From Girardia tigrina (taxonomy: Eukaryota): DNA of 51,249 nt. How positions within the stretch are numbered: the first letter of the stretch is position 1; each line of letters starts with the position of its first letter. This document shows positions 37,701 through 50,420 of the stretch, in pieces. Location of the stretch: contig MQRK01172036.1 of assembly GCA_001938485.1 (NCBI GenBank), positions 1 to 51,249 on the forward strand, given 5' to 3'. The notes below the pieces were generated by a model, which worked only from the letters and a program-made list of their open reading frames with translations, searched no databases and had not been told where the DNA came from. Both the position numbers and the translations under genes were made by a program.

Positions 37701-38076
37701 AATTTAAGTCGGAGAGAAAGCGGAAAATTGCAAAGTATGTAATTGAATTTAATAAACCGGTTTATAATGTCGGCTATCGTGGCATTTTAAAAAAGAGGAA
37801 CCATAAAGACGCTGATGATTGTTCTGGCCTCCGCCGGGCTTGGGGAGTTTGAAAACTGGCTCGAATGCCACCGAGCAGGTGCAGACTCGCTTCCTGAGGA
37901 TAAGTGGCTGCAGGCGAAGGTAGTGGGGGAACAATAGGTACACAATGCTATATTTTTACAAAAATGGATTCACCTCATTAAGACGAGCATTTTAAAAATA
38001 AAGGACTTTATTTTTTTTTTAAAAATAACATAATATATAGGAAAATTTAATATTTAAAGCTGAGAAATAATTGATA

Positions 38077-38340
38077 TTATGAAAGACAATTTTTGAAGTG
38101 TTTTCCACTTGAGGTGATTAAATGACAAATGCTCCTTTCAAAGTTACCAATTGTTCTGACCAAGAAATCGTTGTCTATGTCGTTTAATTGTGGTTCAAAG
38201 ATCACAATTTTTTTATCTTCAAAGGTATCTGATTCTGTCCGATAAACACAAATAACATAACATAAAATAGTCAAAAGGATTTGAATGGGGTGAAAATGGT
38301 AGCTGAACCATTCCTCGGATGACAAAAGCCACTCTTAAAA
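38077..38340 (-). mobile_element. Tc1/mariner (rosa/maT-like) transposase C-terminal remnant
   Basis: LPFSPHSNPFDYFMLCYL (WPPYSPDLNPxDYFLWGYL-like) in one frame and NFERSICHLITSSGKHFKNCLS* in the next. Confidence 0.65.
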
Positions 38341-39378
38341 GAAAATATAATTTTAAAAATCACAAATTGAATGTGTTGAGAATCAAGAACTGAATTATCT
38401 TTCTATGCTTAAAGTTAATCCTTCTCGTTGATGAAAATTTTGAGTTACTTTTTGAAACACTGAATTTTAACAATAAGTAATACTATTATTAAGAACGAAA
38501 TATGTCGTTAAATTTGACAAAAATAAATTAAATTTGACACGATTCATAAAATAATATTTATAAAAATATTTATAAAATAAATAAAATGTTTATACAAAAT
38601 AATTTATTATAAACTACAAACAAATCCAAATAAAATAATAAAAAAGTTGAGAAGAAAAATTCAAAAGTAAAAATTATGATAAAATTTTAAATATTAGTGA
38701 AAAATCAAAAATTTGTTTAAATTGTTTTAAAAAATAAATAATTTTTTAACTAAAATTAAAAATTCTTATTATAGATTTAGTATTTAAATATTGATAGAGT
38801 TAATTAATTATTCTTGTTATCTTGTTCGATTTTGTATTAATTAATTATATATTTCCAATCTCAAATCTAAGTATATGCTTCTACTATAATAGTTTATTTA
38901 AATATATATTTAAATATTTTATTTCTATATTCATATCTAAACAAACAATCAGATTAATGTACTTTTTAAAAATTGGTAATATTGAGATTTATTTAAATTT
39001 AATGTTTATTAATTGATTTTTATTTTTGTAAATTGTCTGTAAATTCAATTGAAAATTGATTCTCCGAATAAAATATAATTGATTCATTAAACAGTTGAAG
39101 ATGGGTCGATTGACGTTGATAAGATAGGTTTTATAAATTAATTTCAAAAAAATATATAATTTTAATAAAGAGTTATGTTTCTCATTTCGTTGATAAATGG
39201 AGATTTAAAAACTCACTTATTTAAAAATTTTGATTTATCGATATTTAAATTAATTTCTTCAATTAAAACAATAAATCAATCAATTTGTAATTAAATTTTG
39301 ATCCCTAGAATCCATATTGTTTATTTAGAGTGTGTTTTTGTTTCGACAGTGCTCAAGTTTCATCTTTATTCATCGAAA

Positions 39379-40454
39379 GTGAACCAATATTCTACGGAAC
39401 AACGATGTTTTATGGTTTTATTTTATCGGGATACGAATTAACCATCTGAAGCGGTTAAATTATTCAAGAAAAAGTTTGGAAATCACCACAATATAGATCC
39501 AAAGACAATTAAAAGGTTAGTAAAAGCATTTAAAATGAATTAAACTATTTTTATCATTATTTTAGAGTATTAAATACGGCTATTGTCAAAGAAAATATTA
39601 AGAAAGTTGAGGAATTGATCAAGCAAAGTCCTTTGACATCGATTAGAATGGTAAGCAAGCAACTGGAGATCAGCAAATCATCGGTACAAAGAATTATCAA
39701 GAAAGAATTGTCGTTATTTCCATACAAGATTCAAACCAATCAACCCATAAATCAACTTTCTGGTGAAAGACGTTTGGAATTTGCAACTCAAATTTTGACA
39801 ATGGCAGAAAATAACGATATTGATTTTGGAAAGATTTTGTTTTCAGATGAAGCGCACTTTCAAATGGAAGGATACGTTAATAAGCAAAATTGTAGAATTT
39901 GGGGATCAGAAAATCCACATTATTCCATTATTAAACCCTTGCATCCGAAAAGATTAACTGTCTGGTGTGGTATATTTTCAGAAATGATTATCGGACCGGT
40001 TATCTTTTCTGAGAATATTAAATCAACAGTTTATTTAAACATTCTTCAAGTACAAATGGTACCTTATTTGTATGGTTTGGGAAAAATAAGCTACTTTTAT
40101 TTCATACAAGATAGTGCAAGACCGCATAGAACCTGTGAAGCATTCGATTATCTTTCAGAACATTTCAACGGTCGAATAATAGGATTGGATTCAGAGAAAT
40201 TTACTGGTAAAGGAATATGTTGACCTCCTTATTCACCTGGTTTGAATCCATGCGATTATTTTCTTTGGGGATTCATAAAGGATGGTATTTATAGAACTCC
40301 AGTGGTTAATTGGAAAGATTTAAAAAATCGAATTGAAACCAGGTTTCGAGAGATCACTCCCTAAATGTTAAAAAGAGTTGTAAACAACTTTGAGCAACGA
40401 TTAAGAAATGTAATTGTTACAGAAGGATCTCACTTTGAAAATCTTAAATATTAA
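39379..40454 (+). pseudogene. rosa/DD41D-like Tc1/mariner transposase with a few stops
   Basis: YSTEQRCFMV...KTIKRLVKAF N-terminal HTH; FSDEAHFQMEGYVNKQNCRIWG; QDSARPH; *PPYSPGLNPCDYFLWG; EGSHFENLKY*. Possible right end gggacactatg|ta at about 40720. Confidence 0.9.
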
Positions 40455-41209
40455 TAAATATTGTTTTTTATTGAATACCTTTGTTACTGTTCATTTTAGG
40501 GCATATGTTTACTTCCAAAAAGTTGTTTAAAATTGAATAATCCATTAAATGAGTCATTATTTAACTTGTTTTTCGAACTTTTTTGAAAATCTTTGTTATG
40601 TAATTTTTTTTATGATGCTAGATTTTTAAAAAAAAATTATTAGTCAATATACAATATATAGACCCTAAACGTCGATTTAACATCAAAATGAGCGAAGGCA
40701 TACCCTGTGGGACACTATGTATAATTTATCATTATTCTCAATTAATTTTAAGGTGATCGTTAATTTTATTTACCGTATTGTCAATAATTTATTTATCAAC
40801 CAATATCTAAAATGTTTATCTACAGTATCTACGAAATATCTTTACTCAGAACCATTCTTATAATTATAATTTTAGAAATGTTATGTCAACGATACGTAAC
40901 CGCGGCAGTGAGAGCCATATACAGCTTTTCACTTGGTCAAGTTTTAAATTTTGAACGACGGGAGTGAAATTTGACAGTTCTTTTAGTTTCTCTGAACTGT
41001 TTGTTGCGCACGTACATGCAAATTGGTTTATTTTGACTTCTGATGTCACATTGATTTGTACATTCTTTTTATTTTATTAAAATTCAAAACACCAATCTGA
41101 ATTGCCAGACTTATTTTTATAACAATTGGAATTGTCTTTGGGACGATTCGCAGTAAAGCTTTCATACCATAAAATTTAAATTGATAAGATCTTTGATACT
41201 GATCAGTAT

Positions 41210-41860
41210 TTTCTCCAAAGGAAATCCATGTTGATAGAGAAAAAACATTTAAATCGGTTTTGTTCAAAGATATTGTGAAAAGGTTCAAAGTCGAGATAAT
41301 CTATTCAAGTCCATATCATCATAATACAAATGGGATAGTGGAAAGACAATTTCGAACAATCAGAGATGCTATAAATATTAGGATGAAGAACGGAGACCAC
41401 AGAGATTGGACAGAAGTTTTGTCGGAAATAGAATTTATGTTGAATAGTACAGTTCAAGCTACGACAGGTGTTTCACCGGCTGAAATAATATTTGGGAGAC
41501 GATTAAGACATTGATGGAAGAACAATAAAGAAACTTACTGAAACCCAGTTAATGTCGAACAAAATGTAGAGACAAGAAGAGTTTTTGAAATTGGAGACAG
41601 AGTGTTGATTAAAAAAGAAAATATATCAAAAGAAGATTAACGTTAAATGGGTCCCGCAATTGTGTTGAAACGCAATCACGGAAGGAGTTACGAGTTACAG
41701 CTCGAAGATAGTAGAATTTTGATAAGAAATGTTGAATGGCTAAAGCAATTTAAACCGAGGGGGATGTGAGGAATGTTTTGAATTGTGTGTTGATATTTGT
41801 GCATGTTGTATGTTGATTCGGATTGTGCATCTCCTACACAGATGGATGATTGGTATTTTC
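41210..41860 (+). mobile_element. Gypsy LTR retrotransposon 3' part (integrase, GPY/F region, PPT, LTR start)
   Basis: SSPYHHNTNGIVERQFRTI...NSTVQATTGVSPAEIIFGR...FEIGDRVL...GPAIV...IRNVEWLK; PPT gaggggga 41757-41764, then TGTGAG. Confidence 0.9.
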
Positions 41861-42059
41861 TTTGATTCCTACTAATTAAAAATAATTTAATTTAATTTTA
41901 AAGAAAAAAGATTTAAAATAATTTTTGAATGTATTATTTATTTTTTAATGTAATTTAAAATTTTAATATATTAATTTAATATGTACTTATTTTAAAATGT
42001 TTAGATTCTTTATAATTAATAAATTTTATTAAAAGATTTTCATTTATTGAAAATAATTA

Positions 42060-43450
42060 CCGTAAATTCCGGACTAAAGGCCGTACTTAAAAACCTGAAA
42101 TGAGTCATAATTTAAGAGTTGCGGTTTATATGTTAATGTTTTAAGTGTTCAAAAAAAGATATTTTAAATTAATTTAAATATTTGTTTAAATATTCTTTAA
42201 ACAAGTCATAATTCAAAATTTTTTACGGTATATTCTTTTTACGGTTAGTTTACGTTATAATAAATTATTTCAATTTTAGCCATGAACCGATCTTTATATA
42301 CTTCAGAGTGGAAATTAAGAGCAATTAAAGTAATTCAATCAAATCGAAATCGTAAAGCTGCAAAAATCGTAAAGTCAATGATCAGAAGATGGAGAAAGCA
42401 AGAAGATGAGTTGAGACAAGTTAAAAAATATCGTAAGAGCTTTCGTGGAAACACTCCAAGATGGACACATCTTGAAGATGATCTTAAGAATTGGGTCTAT
42501 GAAATGAGATCAGTTGGTGGAAGCCTTTCAACGGTCTCTATACGGCTAAAAGTTAAGGCACTAGCTAAAGAATTGGGAATTATGAATTTCTCAGGAAGAT
42601 TCATGAAACGAAATAATCTTTCGATTCGGTGCAAAATGACATTAGCCCAACGCCTTCCTGCAGATTTTGAAGAAAAGGCCAGCATATTGTCAAACAAAAA
42701 TTACAGAGAAGAATATACATCATGATAACATTTTCAATATGGATGAAGTATCTATCCATTTTGATATGCCAGCTAATCACACCATTGAACAGGTTGGTGC
42801 TAAATCAGTTCCAATTATGACAACGGGAAACGAAAAAACATCATGTACTGTTGTTTTAGCTTATTTTTCGAGTGGATTAAAGTTACCACCAATGGTAATT
42901 TTTTAAAGGAAAACATTGCCTAAAGGTAAATTTCCTGATGGAGTCAAATGAAAAAGGATGGATGGACGAAAAATTAATGCAAGCATGGGTTGGTGAAGTT
43001 TTAATTAAGAGACCAGGTGGGTTCTTCCACACATCATCCTCAATGCTTATCTGTGATTCAATGCGTGCACATCTTACCGAAGCTGTAAAGTCATTACTTA
43101 GACGTGCCAATACTGTCTTATCGGTTATCCCTGGCGGATTGACTAAGATTGTTCAACCTCTAGATATTTCAGTCAATAAATCATTTAAAGCCAAATTAAG
43201 AAACACTTAGGAAGAGTGGATGATGTCCGGAGATAAAAAAAACAGGTAGACAAAACTAATAAAATATTTTGGTGAATATATATTTAGTGTTATTAGTTTA
43301 TTTTCTTTAAACTGATTTATTTAAAATAGGCTTAAAATCCTTACATTTAGTGTGCGGCTTATAATACGGCGAATTGTACATGCGGCTATTACGTTAATAT
43401 TTTTTTTGGGAAAAGCAGGCAATGTGCGGCTTATAGTGCGGAAATTACGG
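42060..43450 (+). mobile_element. pogo-family (POGK/Passer-like) DNA transposon, both TIRs present, frameshifted transposase
   Basis: TA|ccgtaaattccggactaaaggccg ... cggcttatagtgcggaaattacgg|TA; ORF pieces 42282-42725, 42667-42906 (NMDEV, TTGNEK, KLPPMVIF) and 42938-43210 (DSMRAH, IPGGLTKIVQPLDISVNKSFK). Confidence 0.93.
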
Positions 43451-44689
43451 TAGTATGAATTCAACAAAATATCAAATAGCGAAAGTCTTTTGAATGATTG
43501 TTGTCAAAACAATTCTGCTTGTGATGTTAATAAATGTTTGAAAAATCATACTGATGTTGTTAATATGTACATTTAAACTATTTTCAGGTTTTACTCTTCA
43601 AATTTCACTTTATTAATTTCTGCAATAATTTTATCGTGCACATTTCCATATATTAAACTAAATATGTAAAATTCAACATACTAAATTAAAAATATTCCTC
43701 ATAATTCATTTATTTGAATTTTATTACTAAAATTATGAAATAATGTCTTTTATTTTTCATAGTTGTGTTTATTTGTAATTTTGGAAAATATTTAATTATA
43801 TTAAATAAATAATTTAATTTATGTATGGTTCTTTTTAGAATATTTAAAATAGGATTGCAGCTATCTCAATGCTCATATGTACCCACTATATTAGGAATAC
43901 GAAAATAGATCAAGTAATTAATAATATTAATACTTTGACTTAATTGTTTGAAAACATTTTATGAATATTATTTTAATATTTCTAAAAATAAAAAAATTAA
44001 AATTAAAAAATTAATTTGATACGATAATTAACAGATTATTTTATCTTAATTAGTTTGTTAAACATTTCTCTTCACATTCAAGTATTTTTTTGATTAAAAA
44101 AATGATTTTTATTTCGCAATAATTTTTAAATAAATTCCATTAAAAAAATTAGAAATTTAATGAGTTTGTTTTGGAAAGATAATAATTTTAACATATTTTA
44201 TTTACTCTATTAAAAGCAAAATATCACGAAACAATTTTTTTCGACAGAAATTTTCTTAATTCCAAAATTCAATAAATTGAATTTATTTTTTTCGAATAAT
44301 TTCTAATTTCTAATGAAAAATCTATTTTTTTCAGTTCATTAAAACAAAATTAAATTAAACGTATCATTATTTAATGGTACACAATAAATATTCTTTTGAA
44401 AGGTTTTAATATTATATTTATTTGAAACGAAAAATTTATTCTTAAAAAAATAGTTACCCATTTCAAAATTACCAGATTTTTATAATAAAAATATTTATGT
44501 ACTTTTTATTTGTTTAAACGTATTGGAAAATCATTTATTGCTAATTATAAAACAAAATGTAAAAAAATATAAAACAAAAGATTTTAAAAATAAAATGTAT
44601 ATGTATATATAATTTAACTAAAGTTTTTTTAAGATCGACCTTGTTTCAAAGTTTCATACTGCATAACCTACAATTATAATTTTTAAAAT

Positions 44690-45300
44690 TTTTCGAAAAC
44701 GATTTTTTGATTGCAAGGTAATTTTGTTAATAAATTTAATTGTTATTGGTGTAAAAACTCGTACATAAGTTCAAGGAACGTCCAGAAGAAACGATTCAAA
44801 CACGAAATTGATAGGAATTCAAATACCTGATCTAAGATTTAATACGAAAAGAATTCTAGACAAAATTTTTTATTCGAAAATGCCACAACCACATGTATAT
44901 ATGATTGTTTGTACAGTATCATGGTGTTATAAGGAATACTCAAAACAGAAAGACTTAAATGGACACATGAAACGAGTGTACTCGAACAATGAGTGTTCAA
45001 TGAGCATTATACAACCGGAAAAGATGACTGTCACCAGAATTATAAAACAAATAGATGGCTAAAGATGCATTTGATTTAGGATCATAGACTGGAATTTTAT
45101 GACAAAAGATAACATTTTAATAATGTACACAGAGACTAAAAATATATTTTGTGGAAGTATCTGGGGGACAACACCAACTGCCCCCACCTTATGCACGGTA
45201 CTTATTCGCAGTTATGAGAATCATTATTAATGATACATTACAACCTATTGATTATTATTCAAGGTTGACATAGGAAACAAACATTTAAATCAATATTCAA
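44690..45300 (+). mobile_element. Penelope-like element (zinc-finger-insert family, copy 3, internally deleted)
   Basis: SKTIF*LQGNFVNKFNCYWCKNSYI, then CTVSWCYKEYSKQKDLNGHMKRVY (44910-44981), tttaggatcatagact (FRIID, versus FRITD in copy 2), then ESLLMIHYN tail. Confidence 0.75.
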
Positions 45301-45684
45301 ATATTTCATAAATTATATTTTACACACCATTTGTGGTTTCACCAAATACGCAGCAAGACCATCGAAGCATGAATAATTAGTTTTTTGTTTTGATATTGAA
45401 GTCGATAACAACGATTGCTAGTGTATAATGCAGTATTTTGTCTTCTTGGGGTTATTGAAGAAGATCCATTTCCCATCGTCATAGTCGCAATACTTTGTTT
45501 CTTTGGAATTAGCTGTTGAGAAGAAATAAACCACCAATCAAAGTATCTCTGTTTCACTTAATGAGGTTCCTAATTGCATTGCTTGAGAATCCTTTTCAAT
45601 GATTTCAATCGTAAGGAAACTGTTTGTTGCGTAATTCCAGTGACTTTACAATTTCCTCTTAGATTATCAACTTATAATGCTTTC

Positions 45685-45950
45685 CTTACTCAATCAACTC
45701 AATTGTGAATGATCCGGGGTTCGAGATGACTATTTTGAATGATATTTAAATTATTAAACCAGATCAGCTTGCAATCCGCAAATAGTTTTCGATTTATTTG
45801 AGATGAAGCTTTCAACTTTGGATGTCATGGAAACCTCTTTGAAACTACCGCTTTTTTGCTAATGTTCTTCCTAAAGGCTTTAAATCCTTCAGAGTACAGT
45901 ATTTTGATTATTTGATTGTAGTCTTTGATGTTTTCTTTTAGTCCATTTGT
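45685..45950 (-). mobile_element. PLE of the same family with the YIG region deleted
   Basis: IIKILYSEGFKAFRK...SNKSKTICGLQADLV**FKYH joined directly to SHLEPRI / HSQLS*LSK. Confidence 0.7.
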
Positions 45951-46391
45951 TCAAGATGGAAATAAAAAATAAAATTTGGAATTTAATTTCAATTCCAATG
46001 AATTATATATATTTATATTTATTACTGTTAAAAAGAAAGAAAAAAAATATTACTTAAAATTACTTTGTTGTATTAAAAAAAGCAAAGGAAAAAATGTAAT
46101 TTTGAGTTGATGTTTTTTAATGTATTAATTAGAATTAAAGATTTTGATATATAATAAAAAATATATTAAGGAATATTGATTTTTAATTGTTAAAGAAAAT
46201 TATTCATGTCCGATTTAAAAGAACAGAAAACTTTGCCATTTGACTATATTTTTAATGTGGATTATTTTATAAAGACATTTGAAGATAATCATGTAAGAAT
46301 TACCGATCGGAGATTGCATATCAAAGAAACTGATGAAATTTCAACACTTACTAAAATTTGTGAAGACATTCATAATCAATGGTATGAATTA

Positions 46392-46690
46392 ATGAGAATA
46401 TTTCAAAATTGTGGAAACAGTATTGGAACGAAGTTTTGGAAAATAATCAACAACGAATACGGTGTCAAACCGACCACTGGTGTTTACGAAAGTGACAGTG
46501 ATTTGCAGTGACAGAGAATTTACGTTTACTTTACTTCTAGAATTCATGGAAAGTGTGTGCCGATCAGCGTCATGGTTTAATTGAATAGTACCACTCTCCA
46601 TTATGTACCGAATTCGATTCTTGGGAAATTGTTTCAACCAGATTATTTCATCGGTGGTTCCTCAAGTGCTTCTAATAATTGCGAAAGAAA
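46392..46690 (+). pseudogene. TUBB: Beta-tubulin pseudogene fragment (N-terminal about 100 aa, intronless, two stops)
   Basis: [94 protein letters not shown] aligns with beta-tubulin [41 protein letters not shown]...GQIFRPDNFVFGQSGAGNN. Confidence 0.88.
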
Positions 46691-47699
46691 TACGGTCCTC
46701 TTAAGAACCAAAATTGACGATTGGGAGCTTGAAGTTTGGGGCGTGTTCCTATGGGCCATAACGTTAATACTTGGCCCCAACAAAAGTAATTTTAAAGTAT
46801 TTCCACCGTCCTTAATCAGTTTTGTGTACGTAATTTGTCCAATGTAATTTTCATAATGAGATCTATCTGTTTATGCTGTTCATGTTATTCCTCAAGCAGG
46901 ATCTAAGAATATAAAAATTATGATCTGCAATTTCAAAAATTTGTTTAAAAAACTTAAACATTTTTTTTAGCAAAAATAACAATATATATATATATATATA
47001 TATACATCCTTTTTTTAAACCAACTTGATAATAAAAAATAAAAATAATATAATTTATCAAATACTGCTTATTAAAATTAATAATGATTGTATTTTCATTT
47101 TAATTATCATAAAAATAATTTAACTATATAAAAGACAGAAAATGAATAACAAATAACATAATTATCTGATTAATATTTAAATAAAAATAAAATAACATTA
47201 AAATCTAAATAAAATGGAATTGTTAACATAAATATATTATTATAAAATTTAAAAGACAAAACAAAAGACTACAAAGGAAAAACCCGGTTTGTAGCTAAAA
47301 AGAAATTCTTTTTCTTTTTTGAATAATAAAATAACCGAAAAATTAAGCTAATTAACAAAGAAAAAAATAATATAAAACCGAAAATAAAACACATTGCTTA
47401 CACCATTTTTTTATTTAAATAATTAACATATAATGTCAGTATTTTTGAGAATTTCTTTTATTTCTGTAGATACGTTTTATGCTTCATTTAATAAAAAAAT
47501 TCCCTTTGAATGAGACATGTATGGATGATTGACATTCGATTAAAATATAAATTCCCCAACCGATGACGACTTTTAATCATTACCAAATTCTTTCTCCTCT
47601 TGTAATTGTTTTCATTATAAAAAAAATATTTTTTTTGAACAAAAAAATATTTTTTACCATTACTTTTAATACAATTCTTCTTTAATACAGTTTGATTTA

Positions 47700-48620
47700 T
47701 TTGGAATTTTTTATTTGAAAACCTAAGTTTAATTGTCTTTTTTTCGTCTGCTTTTTACTTCTTATAAATAAATATAAATTATATAATTTTATTAAAATTT
47801 TTGGAAAACATTAAATTATTATTTTTTTTTATTTCTAATTAGATACATTTAGACACCGTTTTTCATTTCGTAATATTGTTGATTAAAAAACATAACTAAA
47901 AAGCTCGAAAAATATTTTTTGAAAAATGGGAGAGGTTCAAAATTATTGTTTTAAAACTTAAATAAATATTTTGGTGAGGGAAATTAAAAATGTTCGATTT
48001 TTTAAAATTTATAATATATTTATATAAAATATTTATAAAATATATTTAATTAATTTAAGTACTATTATTACTTTTCAATGGTCGTTATATTACTTATAAA
48101 TTTATAATATTTATTTTATCTTAATTTAATTTTAATTTCTGCTGAAAACTATTTTTTTGAAATATTTTTTCCATTATTTTCAAATACTATATTTTAAGAA
48201 ATTTTAATTTATTTAAATTGTTTTTATTTGAAAATAAATTTTAATCGTCTGTTTTTACTTTTTACAAATGAAAAAAAATTACATAATTGTATTGGTATTT
48301 TGAAAAACATTAATTTATTATTTTTTAAATATTCAATTTAATACATTTATACACAATTTTGCATTTCGTGATAAAAATAATCGAAAAAAACCTCAAAACC
48401 GATAAAAAATTATTTTGGTGAAAATGGGAGGGGATTAAAATTATTGCTTTAAGAATAATTAATAAAAAAATTGAGAAATTAAAAATCAGTGTTTTTCAAC
48501 ATCTGTAATATATAAATAATATTCATATTTTATGTCTTTGTATTACTTAATAATAATTTATCATATTTAATTTCTAATTTACTTTGTTTTCTGATGAAAT
48601 TTATTTTCTCTAAATCTTTT
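47700..48620. repeat. Diverged tandem duplication, period about 500 bp
   Basis: cgtctg at 47745 and 48246; catttcgt, aaaatgggag and aaaattattg recur at a similar offset. Confidence 0.75.
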
Positions 48621-48779
48621 TTTATCAATGTAACTTTAATTAAATATAAAATACGAGCTTAAGTGAGATGATTTTGCCATTGGTTATATTGTAAAATAAT
48701 AATATTATAATTCGACATTTTGATTAATTAATGGCAGATTTATTAATGAAAGAGAATATCGCGATTTTAAATTTTTATT

Positions 48780-50420
48780 TTTAGAAAACATGTTTTTTCT
48801 TTATTACGTCATCGTTATGAATTCTAATGACTGATTAGCAATCAACTGATATTGTTTATATAGCTGTAATTAAAATACAATTACCTCATTCAGGTCTTAC
48901 GTTATATACTTTAATGTGATTGGATAAATCACTTTGCACGTTTAAACTGGGTTTCAAAAACGTAAATTAACAGTTTTTCAATTATTATCATTTCATAATT
49001 ATAACAAAAGTTACTGATTAAAGATTAAAATTCACTGTCATGTCTCTTCCTTTAATTTCCATGACACTTCAACATATTATCGATAATTGAGCTATTCTAC
49101 TTAATTGAGTATGTTCAGCGATTCTAGTACGGATGAGAGGATTTGTCTCTCATATGTACAAAATTCTTCTTGATTGGGTATGATCTGCAATTCTAGTACG
49201 GAGGTGACGATTTGTCTCTCCTATGTACAAAATTCACATTTGTGACATTTATATTGGTAAACAAGATAATTTTTCATATTCAACCTTTATTAGAAAAATA
49301 GCTTGAGATTTTATTAGTTGAAAATAATATTTTAATTTTAACTCATACTGAAACAGGTTTCTCTAGAAAACGTTTAAACTATTTTGCTCCTTCAGAAAAC
49401 GGAAATTTTGAAAAAAAATAATGCTTCATCTTTCCCTTTTTTGTTACATTCGTTATACGGTTGTTATTATTCCATTTTAAATAAATTGACTCATTAGTAT
49501 TTTTAATAAGGTTTGTGAGTAGGAATAGTTATGTAATCAATATTGTGTGTTACTAACAGAAGTAACTAAGATTATTTGCGTAATAATTATTGAGTGATTG
49601 CTGATGAGATTGATTGTGCAAAGTCAGTTGTGATGATACAATAATATGGGTTACTTGTCTGATGTTGAATGTATGTTGAATGTATGTTGATAGTATGTGT
49701 CTTTGAGATTGTAAAGCAATGAAAAAGCTTTGAAGATGTGAGTTATTATAACATCACAATTTTCTCCATTAAATAGTCGAGATTATTGATATTGTGTTAT
49801 AGTTAATAAATCATATAATCGGAATTTGTCATTTTATTTTAAATGGATAACAAGGTTAATCCAAAACTTTATGTTATTTTTAACGAAGATGTTAAAATCC
49901 AAACATCCCTGTATAAAGCAGTATCTGTTGGGTTTCCGAAGACTCCATGATAGAAATGATTTTATTTCTTATACTTATTTTTAAAAAACAAAAACATGTC
50001 ATCTACATATCGAGTATAGAAGTTTGGTATTTCACTAGAATAAAGACTAATTTTTTGTTGAAAATTTTCTAAGAAAATTAAAGCCATTAACGGGATCAGA
50101 GGTGAACTCATAGCTACTTCATCAATTTGCATGTACTAATAATCATTAAATAAGATAAGAATATTGTTTTGCTAAATTCATGCTTTGGTGCTCATTGGCT
50201 TTGCTTTATCTCCAATAATTCATCCTAAAAATTGAATTGAACATAAAGTTGAATTGTTTGATCTAATGGAACATTTTTAAAAAGATTTACAATGTCAAAA
50301 GAAGCCATAATCTAATATCTTAATTTGCTTTCAATTTTCAATTTTTTCTACGAATTCAAATTAAAAACTGGAAAGGGGTTATTGATTAATAATTTAATTA
50401 ATTTCTAAATCTGGAATTAC
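48780..50420 (-). mobile_element. Penelope-like element with RT and GIY-YIG, decayed
   Basis: MASFDIVNLFKNVPLDQTI; QIDEVAMSSPLIPLMALIF; FYTRYVDDMF; RKPTDTALY; FPFSEG; LVYQYKCHKCE; YIGETNRHLRTRI; LKPSLNVQ. Confidence 0.9.

Noticed and set aside
38077-38333. Apparent host exon with an AG acceptor and a hydrophobic stretch
   Set aside because: Alternative frames give Tc1/mariner C-terminal motifs.
46230-46310. [11 protein letters not shown] resembling O-fucosyltransferase motifs
   Set aside because: Too short and low-complexity to support a call without a search.
48780-48830. Hammerhead remnant (cGATGA...AAACATGT) behind the 48780-50420 PLE
   Set aside because: Position fits, but stem II and G12 are not recognisable.
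49629-49758. TGTGATG...CATCACA solo-LTR candidate
   Set aside because: Very short and no matching TSD; LTR-like composition only.
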